This document shows, in pieces, positions 50,485 to 62,283 of a stretch of DNA of 64,000 nt. The stretch covers positions 138,076,001 to 138,140,000 of the forward strand of contig CM059432.1 in NCBI GenBank assembly GCA_030390025.1, given 5' to 3'. Positions within the stretch are counted from its first letter, which is position 1. Each line of letters starts with the position of its first letter. The position numbers were made by a program, and so were the translations under genes. The notes under the pieces are model-generated. The model ran no database searches. It was not told the DNA's origin and saw only the letters and a list, made by a program, of their open reading frames with translations. Origin of the DNA: Squalus acanthias. Taxonomy: Eukaryota.

Positions 50485-51968
50485 TTTTAAAAAAATTCTT
50501 TCATGGGATGTGGGCGTCGCTGGCAAGGCCGGCATTTATTGCCCATCCCTAGTTGCCCTTGAGAAGGTGGTGGTTAGCCGCCTTCTTGAACCGCTGCAGT
50601 CCGTGTGGTGAAGGTGCTCCCACAGTGCTGTTAGGGAGGGAGTTCCAGGATTTTGACCCAGCGACGATGAAGGATCGGCGATATACTTCTAAGTCAGGAT
50701 GGTGTGTGACTTGGAGGGGAACTTGGAGGTGGTGGTGTTCCCATGCGCCTGCTGCCCTTGTCCTTCTAGGTGGTTTGGGAGGTGCTGCCGAAGAAGCCTT
50801 GGTGAGTTGCTGCAGTGCATCTTGTAGATGGTACACACTGCAGCCACGGTGCGCTGGTGGTGGAGGGAGTGGATGTTTAAGGTGGTGGATGGGGTGCCAA
50901 TCAAGCGGACTGCTTTGTCCTGGATGGTGTCGCGCTTCTTGAATGTTGCTGGAGCTGCACTCATCCAGGCAAGTGGAGAACATAAGAACATAAGAAATAG
51001 GCGCAGGAATAGGCCACTTGGCCCCTCGAGCCTGCTCTGCCATTCAATAAGATCATGGCTGATCTTGGGCTCAAACCCACTTCCCTGCCCGCTCCCCATA
51101 ACCCTTCACTCCCTTATTTTGCAAAAATCTGTCTATCTCCACCTTAAATGTATTTAATGACCCAGCCTCCACGGCTCTCTGGGGCAGAGAATTCCACAAA
51201 TTTACGACCCTCTGAGAGAAGAAATTCCTCCTCATCTCAGTTCTAAAAGGGCGACCCTTTATCCTGAAACTATGCCCCCTAGTTCTAGATTTCCCCACGA
51301 GGGGAAACATCCTCTCTGCATCTACCCTGTCAAGCCCCCTCAGTATCTTATCTGTTTCAATAAGATCTCCTCTCATTCTTCTAAATTCCAATGAGTATAG
51401 GCCCAACCTGCTCAATCTTTCCTCATAAGTCAACCCCTTCATCTCAGGAATCAACCGAGTGAATCGTCGCTGAACTGCCTCCAGTATTCCATGGAGAGTA
51501 TTCCATCACACTCCTGACTTGTGCCTTGTAGATGGTGGAAAGGCTTTGGGGAGTCAGGAGGTGAGACACTCGCCGCAGAATACCCAGCCTCTGACCTGCT
51601 CTTGTTGCCACAGTATTTATGTGGCTGGTCCAGTTAAGTTTCTGGTCAATGGTGACCCCCAGGATGTTGATAGTGGGGGATTCGGTGATGGTAATGCCGT
51701 TGAATGTCAAGGGGCGGTGGTTAGACTCTCGCTTGTTGGAGATAAAAATGAGAAGTCGCACAACACCAGGTTATAGTCCAGCAGTTTTATTTAAAATTAC
51801 GAGCTTTCGGAGCGCTGCTCCTTCTTCAGCTCGTAATGCTCGTAATTTTAAATAAAACTGTTGGACTATAACTTGGTGTTGTGCGACTTCTCATTTTTGT
51901 CTACCCCAGTCCAACACCGGCATCTCCGCATCATGACCACTTGTTGGAGATAGTCATTGCCTGGCACT
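50485..51968 (-). mobile_element. Second LINE family 3' fragment containing a CR1 (50980-51491) and a Penelope-like insert
   Basis: Homology resumes on both sides of the inserts; TSD tggaga around the CR1. Confidence 0.82.
51745..51939. mobile_element. Fold-back Penelope-like fragment (H1 variant) inserted in a CR1-clade LINE
   Basis: 13-bp TSD cttgttggagata (51732-51744, 51940-51952); inverted arms; minus-strand core CTGAAGA..GAAAGCTC at 51797-51829. Confidence 0.78.
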
Positions 51969-52101
51969 AATTTCCTGCATTTACACTAGCTCAAAACAGA
52001 TGTAAAATTAAGCCCAGCATTTTAGGTGCAGCAGGAAACAAAAATAATTTTTATGATGTTTTATTGCGATTTTTTTCAGTGATTTTTAAAAATTTATCCT
52101 T

Positions 52102-52337
52102 ATGTTGATTGAGGGATAAATATTGGCCAGGACACTGGGGATAACTCCCCTGCTCTTTTACGTCCATCTGGGAGGGCAGACGGGGCCTCGGTTTAACGTC
52201 TCACCCGAAAGACGGCACCTCCGACACTGCAGCACCCACTCAGTACTGGCACTGGGAGTGTCAGCCTAGATTTCATGCTCAAGTCTCGCTGGAGTGGGAC
52301 GTGAACCCACAACCTTCTGACTCAAAGGCGAGAGTGT
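52102..52337 (-). mobile_element. DeuSINE 5' half
   Basis: Head and core homology. Confidence 0.75.
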
Positions 52338-52417
52338 TGTAAATCATTATTAAGAATTGAAAAGCTTCCCTGATTGCCTGTTCTTAAGCATGCTGGGGTT
52401 GAATTTGACTTAGTAGA

Positions 52418-53121
52418 TAGAATCATAGAAAGCTACAGCACGGAAGGAGGCCATTTCGGCCCATCGTGTCCGCGCCGGCCAACAAAGAGCTATCCAGCCT
52501 AATCCCACTTCCCAGCTCTTGGTCCGTAGCCCTGCAGGTTACAGCATCCCAAGTGCACATCCAAGTACTTTTTAAATGTGGTAAGGGTTCCTGCCTCTAC
52601 CACCCTTTCAGGCAGTGAGCTCCAGACCCCCACAACCCTCTGGGTGAAGAAATTTCCCCTCAAATCCCCTCTAAACCTTCCCCCAATTACTTTAAACCTG
52701 TGCCCCCTGGTTTTTGACCCCTCTGCTAAGGGAAATAGGTCCTTTCTATCCACTTTATCTATGCCCCTCATAATTTTATACACCTCAATAAGGTCTCCCC
52801 TCAGCCTGCTCTGTTCCAAGGAAAACAGACCCAGCCTATCCAGTCTTTCCTCATAGCTAAGATTCTCTACTCCCGGCAACATCCTTGTAAATCTCCTCTG
52901 TACCCTCTCTAGTGCAATCACATCTTTCCTGTAATGTGGTGACCAGAACTGCACGCACTACTCTAGCTGAGGCCTAACTAGTGTTTTATACAGTTGAAGC
53001 ATAACCCCCCTGCTCTTGTATTCTATGCCACGGCTAATAAAGGCAAGCATTCCGTATGCCTTCTTAACCACCGTATCTACTTGCCCTGCTACCTTCAGGG
53101 ATCTGTGGACATGCACTCCAA
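52418..53121 (-). mobile_element. CR1 LINE 3' fragment
   Basis: QFWSPHYRKDVIALERVQRRFTRML; (catagaat) tail. Confidence 0.85.
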
Positions 53122-53662
53122 GATTGGGGACATATTTGCGATCCCCACACACTGAGGTCCAGATCTCAGTCGAGAAACGTGAGGAGATTCTGGGTGATTC
53201 TTGCAGGGAGGAGGAGAAAACAGATAGTCGCACCTCGCCGAGCTGCCGGTTTCAGAGTGACATTTGTGAAGCTCTAGGGGCAGAGGGCTTGTCCATCAGC
53301 CAATGATGGTGACTACTGTGAGAGAAGAGACCTAGAAAGGGTAAAGAAGGAAATTTTGTTGGACGGGAGTCTCACTCTCAAAAAAATGTTCTGCTTTTGA
53401 TCCTGTTAACGAAAAAAAAATCTCTGTGCAGCATAGTCTGAGAACAGATCACACTTCTTTATTCATGACTGTGCTACTTAAGATGACGTGTGTGTAATAA
53501 GCAACACTTTGCATCAACCACTATCCCATTCCATATTTATATCTGTAAGTGTTAGTTTAAGTTCCAGATGGAAATTTATACATGTTTTCTAATAATAATC
53601 ATCCCAGCTTTATGCGTTAATGCCCGACAATCTAGCTGCATTCTTTTCACATGACACTCAAA

Positions 53663-54045
53663 CATTACATAGAATTACAGAGAAGGTACAGCACAGAAAG
53701 AGGCCATTCAGCCCAATTGGTCCGTGCCGGTGTTTATGCTCCACACGAGCCTCCTCCCACCCTAACTGATCTAACCCTATCAACATATCCTTCTATTCCT
53801 TTCTCCCTCATGTGTTTATCTAGCTTCCCCTTAAATGCATCTTGAACCCCCCCCCCCCCCCTAGAAGTGGAAACATCTTCTCTACGTCTACCCTATCAAA
53901 CCCTTCCATGATCTTAAAGATCTCGATCCGGTCACCCCCTCAGCCTTCTCTTTTCTAGAGAGACGAGCCCCGGTCTGTTCAGTCTTTCCTGATAGTTATA
54001 ACCTCTTGTATCATCTTTTTTTCACCTTCTCCAGTGCCTCTATAA
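53663..54045 (-). mobile_element. CR1 3' fragment
   Basis: Homology to 1-510 and 10845-11133. Confidence 0.75.
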
Positions 54046-55203
54046 AATTTTCCTTAGATGCCTTTGAGTAATTAAGAGGGATTTTGTGTGTCGGGGAAGA
54101 GCGGTGGGCAAATTTCTGATGCCCTCTTCATTGTAATTTGTTCAGGCTAATGCGTTTGTGTAAAATCAGATGTCAGATATAAGCTAACAACAAGAACTGG
54201 AGGAGCTGAGCCAGTAGCTTTGCGTATGTCAAGGGATTTTTGCCAGTGTATAATTGCCGCTGTACCTCTTTTGTTTACATGTATTTTTAATGGCACTTTA
54301 AAGCCGTATTATCTGCCGTTCTAGTGAAAATAGATTCCCTGTTTAAGGTTAACGCAGTCTCTGCTGCTCTCTAGTGAAGAAAGTGCTCGGAAAGGAGGAT
54401 GATTAAGACGACACAGATCTGCAGCTGATATTTCCGTGCAGTTGCCGTTTGGAAGTGGAACCACCTAGTGGCATGTTTTTTGATTTGCAGGCCATTCGAT
54501 TCAGAAGAATATCCCTTGAGCTTTTTACAGAAAATGTAAAGAAAAATAGAAATGGGGACAGTGCATGTAATCAAAATGCCAGAAAGTGCAGTTTATGAAT
54601 ATATTTTTTTAGATATCGAATCTTATTTATTATAATCTTGATGTTGGCAGACTCTGGGAGGGGGGAGGGGGTGAAGATGGACCCCATTGTGCCCGTTTCC
54701 TGAGCGAAAATTGAGTTCAAAGAAGTCCAACTTAAGGAGCCAAACTCCTGCGCCCGATCAGCACCGTAAACGCGATCCGACGCCATATTGGTTTGGGCGT
54801 TGTAGAGGCGTCTACAGGCCTCAAACAGGTGTTAGGCCCCTTGATTATGTTAATAAGGGCCCCAACGCCTGTTTCAGGACTCAAGCCGGAAATTGGTTTC
54901 CCCAGGCTTCGGGCCTGCTGCGTTCAGGACTGACTGGCCTACCCCAGCCTAACCTGGGGTCCTTGTCCGTCGATCCTGCTAACCCCCTGCGACCAGTGAG
55001 CAGTTCCTTGGGCCTCAGCTCGCTGTACAATGAGGCCAGTAGACCAGTTTGGCGTGGTCCTGCCGCCAGCCTCATTAGGCGCGTTCTGCACGCTGATCGT
55101 GCCTGGATTCGAACTCGATCAAATTGCTAGGCCTTGGTTTTTAATGTGCTTTATGTCTGATCAGATAATAATTAGGTAGACTAGCCTTTAGTACCTATAA
55201 CAT

Positions 55204-55565
55204 CAACAACAACAACTTGTGTTTATATAACGCCTTTAATGTAGTAAAATGTCCCAAGGCATTTCACAGGAGCGTTATCAGACACCAAGCCCATATAAGG
55301 AGACATTAGGACAGGTGGCAATAAGCTTGGTCAAAGAGGTAGGTTTTAAGGAGCGCCTTAAAGGAAGAGAGAGGTAGAGAGATGGAGAGTTTAGGGAGGG
55401 AATTCCAGAGATTAGAACCTAGGCAGCTGAATGCACGGCTACCAATGGTGGAGCGATAGAAATCAGGGATGCGCAAGAGGCCAGAATTGGAGGCTAGAAT
55501 TGGAGGAGAGATCTGGGAGGGTTGTAGGGCTGGAGGAGGTTACAGAGATATGGAGGGGTCGAGGC
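55204..55565 (-). mobile_element. L2 3' fragment
   Basis: (CAA)n tail and body homology. Confidence 0.78.
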
Positions 55566-55647
55566 TCCCTTTGGGAGGTGTACAAATCGACCTCTTGCAA
55601 TTACAATTATTCTATACACAGGGAGGTATATTATTTATAATATACAG

Positions 55648-56090
55648 TGTCAGCCGTGGCTCAGTGGTCAGCACCCTCGCCTCTGAGTCAGAAGGTTGTG
55701 GGTTTAAGTCCCACTCCAGAGACTTGAGCACAAAATCTAGGCTGACACTCCCAGTGCAGTGCTGAGGGAGTGCTGCACTGTTGGAGGTGCTGTCTTTCGG
55801 ATGAGACGTTAAACCGAGGCCCCGTCTGCCCTCTCAGGTGGATGTAAGAGATCCCTGGTACTATTTCGATGAAGTGCAGGGGAGTTCTCCCTGGTGTCCT
55901 GGCCAATATCAAGCAACATCACAAAAACAGATTATTTAGTCATATCACATTGCTGTTTGTGGGACCTTGCTGTGCACAAATTGGCTGTCGCATATCTTGC
56001 ATTATAGCAATGACTACACTTCAAAAGCATTTCATTGACTGTAAAGCACTTTGGGACGTCCTGAGGTCATGAAAGGTGCTGTACAAATCC
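55648..56090 (+). mobile_element. Full-length DeuSINE
   Basis: Head, core and tail homology. Confidence 0.8.
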
Positions 56091-56591
56091 AGGGCTTTCT
56101 TTCTTTCTAGTGGCAGATTAAGGCCAAATTCAACCCAGATTCCAGATTCTGCCTCTATAAATGATTTGAACACTCTTAACTCTGAGACCAGTGATTCCCA
56201 CCTTAGAGAGAAGGCTCGCTGACCTTTCAGATGACTAGGACTAGAGGGATGAATTGGGCACCTGTTACTAGAAACTGCTGGATGCCACCTAAATGCCCAA
56301 ACCCTCCCATCCCCAGTTCTCTCCCTCGTTGTGTGTTGATATCTCCACCAATCTGCTACCATGCACTAGATTAAATTGCCGTTACAAAATAAAGTAAAAA
56401 TGGAGTTCATGCTACGGAGTGGAGAAGGGCACAGTTTTAATTCCCTTCACCCTCACCTTCCCTTCCCACCACTGGAATTCATGGTCTCAGCAGTTGCCAG
56501 TAGATACTGCTACATGCCTCCTCGTGACCAAGTTAAGAGCAGCTTTGTTCGAGGTTTGGGAGCAGGTCACCATCCTGCTTGGGTGCCCATC

Positions 56592-56779
56592 TGTGGCTCA
56601 GCGGGTAACCCTCTTGCTTCTGAGCCAGAGAGTTGTGGGATCGTAGTCCCGCTCTAGAGACTTGCGTGCAAAATCCATGCTGACACTCCAGTGCTGAGGG
56701 AGTGCCGCACTGTCGGAGGTGCCGTCTTTCAGATGAGACGTTAAATCGAGGCCCCCGTCTGCCCTCTTAGGTGGACGTC
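56592..56779 (+). mobile_element. DeuSINE 5' fragment
   Basis: Head and partial core. Confidence 0.7.
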
Positions 56780-57694
56780 TTTCTGATTTATCTGCTCTTG
56801 GTGATGTCCTAAGCTTTCGCCTAGGGTTTCTCAATTAAAAACATTTTTTACTTATACTTAGTAATAGGTTGATATTGGCAGTAAGAGGACTAATTCAGGT
56901 CACCTGATACTTGGTGAAGGGGATGATGTGTGGGGTATAATGACCTTAAAACAGGAAACAAAGTGAAAGGGAACACTGAAACAAAACAAGACTACAGTCA
57001 GAGTTATGGTAGAGGTCACTGTGCATCTGAGTCATTTTATGATGGTCACAATTTATAAAGCTGAATTAATAATGCCATGAACTGTTCATGATTTTCTTCT
57101 ATTTTTGTTAATGATTTATGTGCAAAATTAAAATATATTTGACATTTTTTGGGGGATCATTGGCGATAACTCAGCGACATCAGAATTCAGAGGCGGATAG
57201 GCCAGATTTGGAGCCGTGGAGAAAATAAAGCACACAGAGCTGAATGAAGAAATGATTTGTGTGGTTGGCTTTAGTCACTAAAATCAGACCTTCTTTTAGG
57301 GTTTTGTAGACCAGCCCTGTGCAGTTAGGCTTTGACACGCACATAAACAACGCTGATTTTGACTTGTTAAATGGACAGGACGTGAATTATGTGAACTTAT
57401 TATGCATCAGGCTGATTCAATAGACCAAGGTTAGTAGGTATAGCAATGTACCAGTACCTAGCAGTGTAACTAGTCCAAATAACCAAGGTGAGCCCTTTCC
57501 ATTGCCTTTCCATGCTCCTTGCATTGCCCTCCATTTGAAAGAGTCCTTCTTCTGTGCAGCTCCGCATGAATACTAGAAGAGGCATTAATGACAGTTTTTG
57601 GCAGGCCAATGTTTATTTTAGCGCAGTTCAACGACTGCCTTGTTGTATAGCGGTTCCGATATCCACAGTCTCTTCACCCAGTGTCACCTTCCGG

Positions 57695-58183
57695 CAACAA
57701 CAACAACTTGCATTTATACAGCGCCTTTAATGTAGTAAAAACGTCCCAAGGCGCTTCACAAACAAAATTTGAGACCGAACCACATAAGGAGATATTAGGA
57801 CAGGTGAACAAAAGCCAGGTCAAAGAGGTTAAGCTTTAAGGAGCGTCTTAAAGGAGGAAAGAGAGAGGTAGAAAGGAGGAGAGGTTTAGGGAGGGAATTC
57901 CAGAGCTTAGGGATAGACAGCTGAAGGCCCGGCCACCAGTGGTGGAGCGAATAAAATCGGGGATGCGCAAGAGGCCAAAATTGGAGGAGCGCAGAGATCT
58001 CTGAGGGTTGTAGGGCTGAAGGAGGTTACAGAGGTAGGGAGGGGGCAAGGCCATGGAGAGATTTGAAAAGAAGGATGAGAATTTTAAAGTTGAGTCGTTG
58101 ATGTACCGGGGGCCAATGTAGGTCAGCAAGCACAGGGGTGATGGGTGAACGGGGACTTGGTGCGAGTTAGGACACGGGCAGCA
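57695..58183 (-). mobile_element. L2 3' fragment
   Basis: (CAA)n tail; LQPYNPQRSLRSSNFGLL. Confidence 0.8.
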
Positions 58184-58519
58184 AATGCTTTAGTTTGCCA
58201 AAATAAGTGATTGCACTTTGAAAGTCATTAAATGTGTGAAGAGCTTAGAGATGTTTTCACCTGGTAGCTGCATTTATTAATGCTCATTAGTTAGTTGAAA
58301 GTAGCAATGTACACAAGAATTTAAACATAGAATGTATTTTCAACTTTCCCAAGTCATGATATTAATAAGGGATCTACTGATTCTTTATTTATCATTTAAT
58401 TTGCACATCTTTTGGAGGTTCTACATATGTGCATGTCAAACCTTTGTTTTTATATTTTTATCTATAGAATATAATATAAAAAGCTCTGGTTAGATCCATT
58501 TGATTATGTATCTGAAAGA

Positions 58520-59102
58520 CAACACTGTATAAAACACTAGTTAGGCCACAGCTAGAGTACTGCGTGCAGTTCTGGTCACCACATTACAGGAAAGATGTGA
58601 TTGAGCTAGAGAGGGTACAGAGGAGATTTACGAGGATGTTGCCTGGGCTGGGGAATTTTAGCTATGAGGAAAGATTGGATAGGCTGGGGTTGTTTTCTTT
58701 GGAACAGAGGAGGCTGAGGGGAGATTCAATTGAGGTGTATAAAATTATGAGGGGCCTAGATAGAGTGGATAGGAAGGACCTATTTCCCTTAGCAGCGAGG
58801 TCAATAACCAGGGGCATAGAATTAAAGTAATTAGTAGAAGGATTAGAGAGGAGTTGAGGAGAATGTTTTTTCACCCAGAGGGTGGTGGGGGTCTGGAACT
58901 CACTGCCTGAAAGGGTGGTAGAGGCAGAAACCCTCATCACATTTAAAAATTACTTGGATATGCACTTGAAGTGCCGTAACCTACAGGGCTACGGACCAAG
59001 AGCTGGAAAGTGGGATTAGGCTGGATAGCTCTTTTTCGGCCGGCACGGGCACGATGGGCCCAACGGCCTCCATCTGTGCCTTAAACTTCTATGATTCTAT
59101 GA
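58520..59102 (+). mobile_element. CR1 LINE 3' fragment
   Basis: QFWSPHYRKDVIELERVQRRF; ttctatgattctatga tail. Confidence 0.85.
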
Positions 59103-59304
59103 CTTAGAATGGTGATGTGCCCTTTCATACATAACATGCACCCAGACAGTTTTGATTTTGGAATTTAATTTTGCCTTTTGCCAATTTAGCAGGGTGATGC
59201 CAAATGACATTATTTGCCAATTAGCTTCACATAAAACTGAACACGATCCAGAAGTGAACAAAACACAAATAGCCAACACTTTGTAACTCTCTAGTGTAAG
59301 TGAG

Positions 59305-59650
59305 AGCGCTGCACTGTCGGAGGTGCCGTCTTTCGGATGAGACGTTAAACCGAGGCCCCGTCTGCCCTCTCAGGTTTACGTAAAAGATTCCACGGTCACT
59401 ATTCGAAGAAGAGCAGGGGGGGAGTTCTCCCTCGGGTCCTGGCCAATATTTATCCCTCAACCAACATCACTAAAACAGATGATCTGGTCATTTATTTCAT
59501 TGTTGTTTGTGGGAGCTTGCTGTGCGCCAATTGGCTGCTGCGTTTCCTACATTACGACAGTGACCGCACACTTCAAAAAGTACGTCATGGGCTGCAAAGT
59601 GCTTTTGGGACATCCTGAGGTTGTGAAAAGTGCTGTAAAAAGGCACGTCT
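59305..59650 (+). mobile_element. DeuSINE just upstream of the ZNF516 acceptor
   Basis: Core and tail homology. Confidence 0.78.
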
Positions 59651-59733
59651 TCCTGGAGTGTAAACAGTAAATGTATTTTAATTGTGAGTGCATCTGTTTT
59701 GAAAGCCCGTTGTGTTTTATTATATCTCCCCAG

Positions 59734-61311
59734 GAGAAAAGCCATACAAATGTTTTCCTTTTGACTACACAGTGACTGAGTCGCCTCCACTCAGTTACCA
59801 CACGGACTGCCGTCGCACAGCTCCTCAGAATGAATCTAATGCGGATATTCCAGATCCCACCAACAGGATTCACACCCCTTTGCCTGATACAGCTGGAGTC
59901 TTTCTCTCTTCTAGCGATACCACTCGCTATTTGGATGCTAAAGGGATCGCTACAGCCTCTGAGGAGTATTGTTCTACTTCTGAAACGGAAGTACCAATGG
60001 GACAACAGAAACAGGAGCTTATTGGATTTTACAGCGTCATGGAAAATACCCTTCCGTCCAGCTCACCCCCAGGTTGTCAGAATACATCAAACAGTGGAAT
60101 GATGTCAAAGAGCTCAGGGTCACCTCAGTTGGAGAGTTCAAATCGCAACATTTTAAGTGTAGAAAGGCCTTCACAAGATGCAGATAAAGTCCACACCATC
60201 GATACCAACAGAAATGCAGCCCAGGATGAATTCCCTTTGGATTTGACCTCAACATTTTTAAAAAACGTTACTCGCAAGGATAATTTCGTTCTGAAGGACT
60301 CACCTACCTCATCACCACAGAATGCTATGATCATGCATTTTTGCCAGTTTTGTAATCACGCAACTCTTTACCCTGAAGTTCTCTTGATGCATCAGCGTGT
60401 CATACACAAGTTGAACTGCAGCGCCCCTGCTCCGAAATGGCTTCCCAGGAATGGGTTGAAAGCCACGGACCACGACTTGGTCGGTGTTGCTGGCAGTAGA
60501 CGCACGGGCCCTCCTCCTGTGCTGAACGGCAAGGAGAGTTCTCCCATGCCCACCTCCAGACCGGTACGTACCCACCCCCCCTGTCAGAGCAAATCACCAA
60601 CACCCAAAGCTGCTCTCTTGGCCTCGGGGATTGCTAGCAAGCTACTTGATCCATCGCAGTCCAGAGTTACCGTCCCTCCAGCAGGCCCAGGTCTAGATAC
60701 TTACTGGTGCCAGAGATCAAACAACAGCCACAGGGAATACAGTTTTACTTCAGAACTAAAAGTGAAGTCAAATACAGGTTTACAGCACAAAACATTACAA
60801 GCTGGGAATTTTGAAAACAAGTTTTTTAATACCCGTTCCGCAGTTCTGAGATACGGCGTACCAATGGAGAGTATTACAAAATACCGAGATCTATTTTTTC
60901 AAGAGGAGGGTGTTGGTTGCGCACTTTCTGGTAATCATTGCCAACCTTACCCAACAAAGATCCAAGTCCGTCTCGAGCCAGATTGCCAAGCCTTGCCCAA
61001 AGGTGACCAGCACACTAAGCATAAAGCCACTGCTCTGCTTCAACAAGAGTGCAGGTCGACAGGGACAAACGAGCTGGCATCATCAGGGAACTGCGTATCA
61101 GAGGGGCAGATGAATCTATTGATGCCACCTCGCTCCAATCCAGTGGGACTCTCTACATCTTTACGCGCTGTCGAACAGGAGTCGCCTCCAGAACCAGGAG
61201 ACATGTCCAAGCACGTGGACGCTTTTAACATGCTTACAACCTACAGTCCACAAGACCTGTCTGCCTTGTACCAAAGCTGGGGTGCTAACAGCCCCTTTTT
61301 GGATCCAACAG
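59734..61311 (+). CDS. ZNF516: ZNF516 second large coding exon (one C2H2 finger, CtBP-binding motifs)
   Basis: Acceptor tatctccccag|GA at 59733/59734 is phase 1 and matches the 40939 donor. Encodes PLDLT (60234-60248), CQFCNHATLYPEVLLMHQRVIH, RRTGPPPVL (60498-60524) and DLSALYQSWG. Phase-1 donors at 61311/61312 or 61317/61318. The gene continues beyond the window. Confidence 0.9.
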
Positions 61312-61618
61312 GTACAGGTAAAGTTAGTATTCCAGTCAGTTTTGAAACTCTACAATAAGAGAGTGTGCTTCTTTTTTTCAAGAGAGTGGGGTTTTCTTTC
61401 TAATGGCTCACGTGAGCTGGTTTCACAATGAATGTTTAGATTAGTAACAAATGCATGAGGTGTTTAAGCCTCAATAATGGTATAACAGTGACTACACTTA
61501 GATAGCATGGGTTTATATGACATTGATAGTTATCAAGTAAACAACCAATGACTGAATATGCCCTAGGTTATTGGAGGAAAAGGGGTTTAATAAATCCCAT
61601 CAGCTCAATAAAAACTTA

Positions 61619-62283
61619 GGGGGAAAAAGCAACTAGCGCCTGGGCGCGGCACAAAGCAACTAGCGCCTGGGTGCGGCACAAAGCAACTAGCGCCTGGGCA
61701 CAGCATAAAGCAACTAGCGCCTGGGCGCGGCGCTGCTAACGCCTCCCGCGAAATTCAGCAGGAGGTTAGCAGTGGCGGTAGCACCTCCGCCGATGACGTC
61801 ATCGCCGTGCGCAGTGCCCCGCTCGCGCCCCGGCCGCAAACGTGGTTCACGCCCCCTGACCTACCGCCGGACGCTATGTCCGACAGGGTCAGGTGGGCGA
61901 TTTTTTGCGGCCGGGACAGCGATAATTTTGGGGCCGCCTGCCAGCACCTGCCCCCTCTGGCCTCCTGCTGCGGGATGCAGGCCGCGATCGGTCAGCCCGG
62001 CTCTCCTCTTTCGCCGGCACCACGCTCCCCAGTGGTCCAGCAGGGCCCCCGGTGCGCGCTGCGCTAGGCCCCCCCCCCCTTTAATCAGGGAAGGGAGGCC
62101 TGCAGTACCGCGGCGCTACGTGCCGGCTCGTGTGTGGCGCTCCTGCACGTAGCGCCGCGATATTCAATGGGAGCGTCCCAAGAGAGAGGGGGAGGGTTTC
62201 CAGTAGCGCCCCGCCTCCTGCTTGGGGCGCTACCATTGAATTTCGGCCGCGGGGGCGCTAACGTTTTCGGGGCGCTAAAAAAA
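61619..62283. mobile_element. Truncated family B MITE
   Basis: tta-GGGGG start and family B body motifs; no right TIR visible. Confidence 0.65.
61626..61731. repeat. Tandem repeat, 4 x 27 bp
   Basis: Unit aaagcaactagcgcctgggcgcggcac, contiguous. Confidence 0.9.

Noticed and set aside
59712..59733. 548-aa ORF as an independent gene
   Set aside because: The non-ATG start sits in a polypyrimidine/acceptor region; this is an internal ZNF516 exon.
61626..61731. CRISPR-like array
   Set aside because: The repeats are contiguous with no spacers, there are no cas genes, and the context is eukaryotic.
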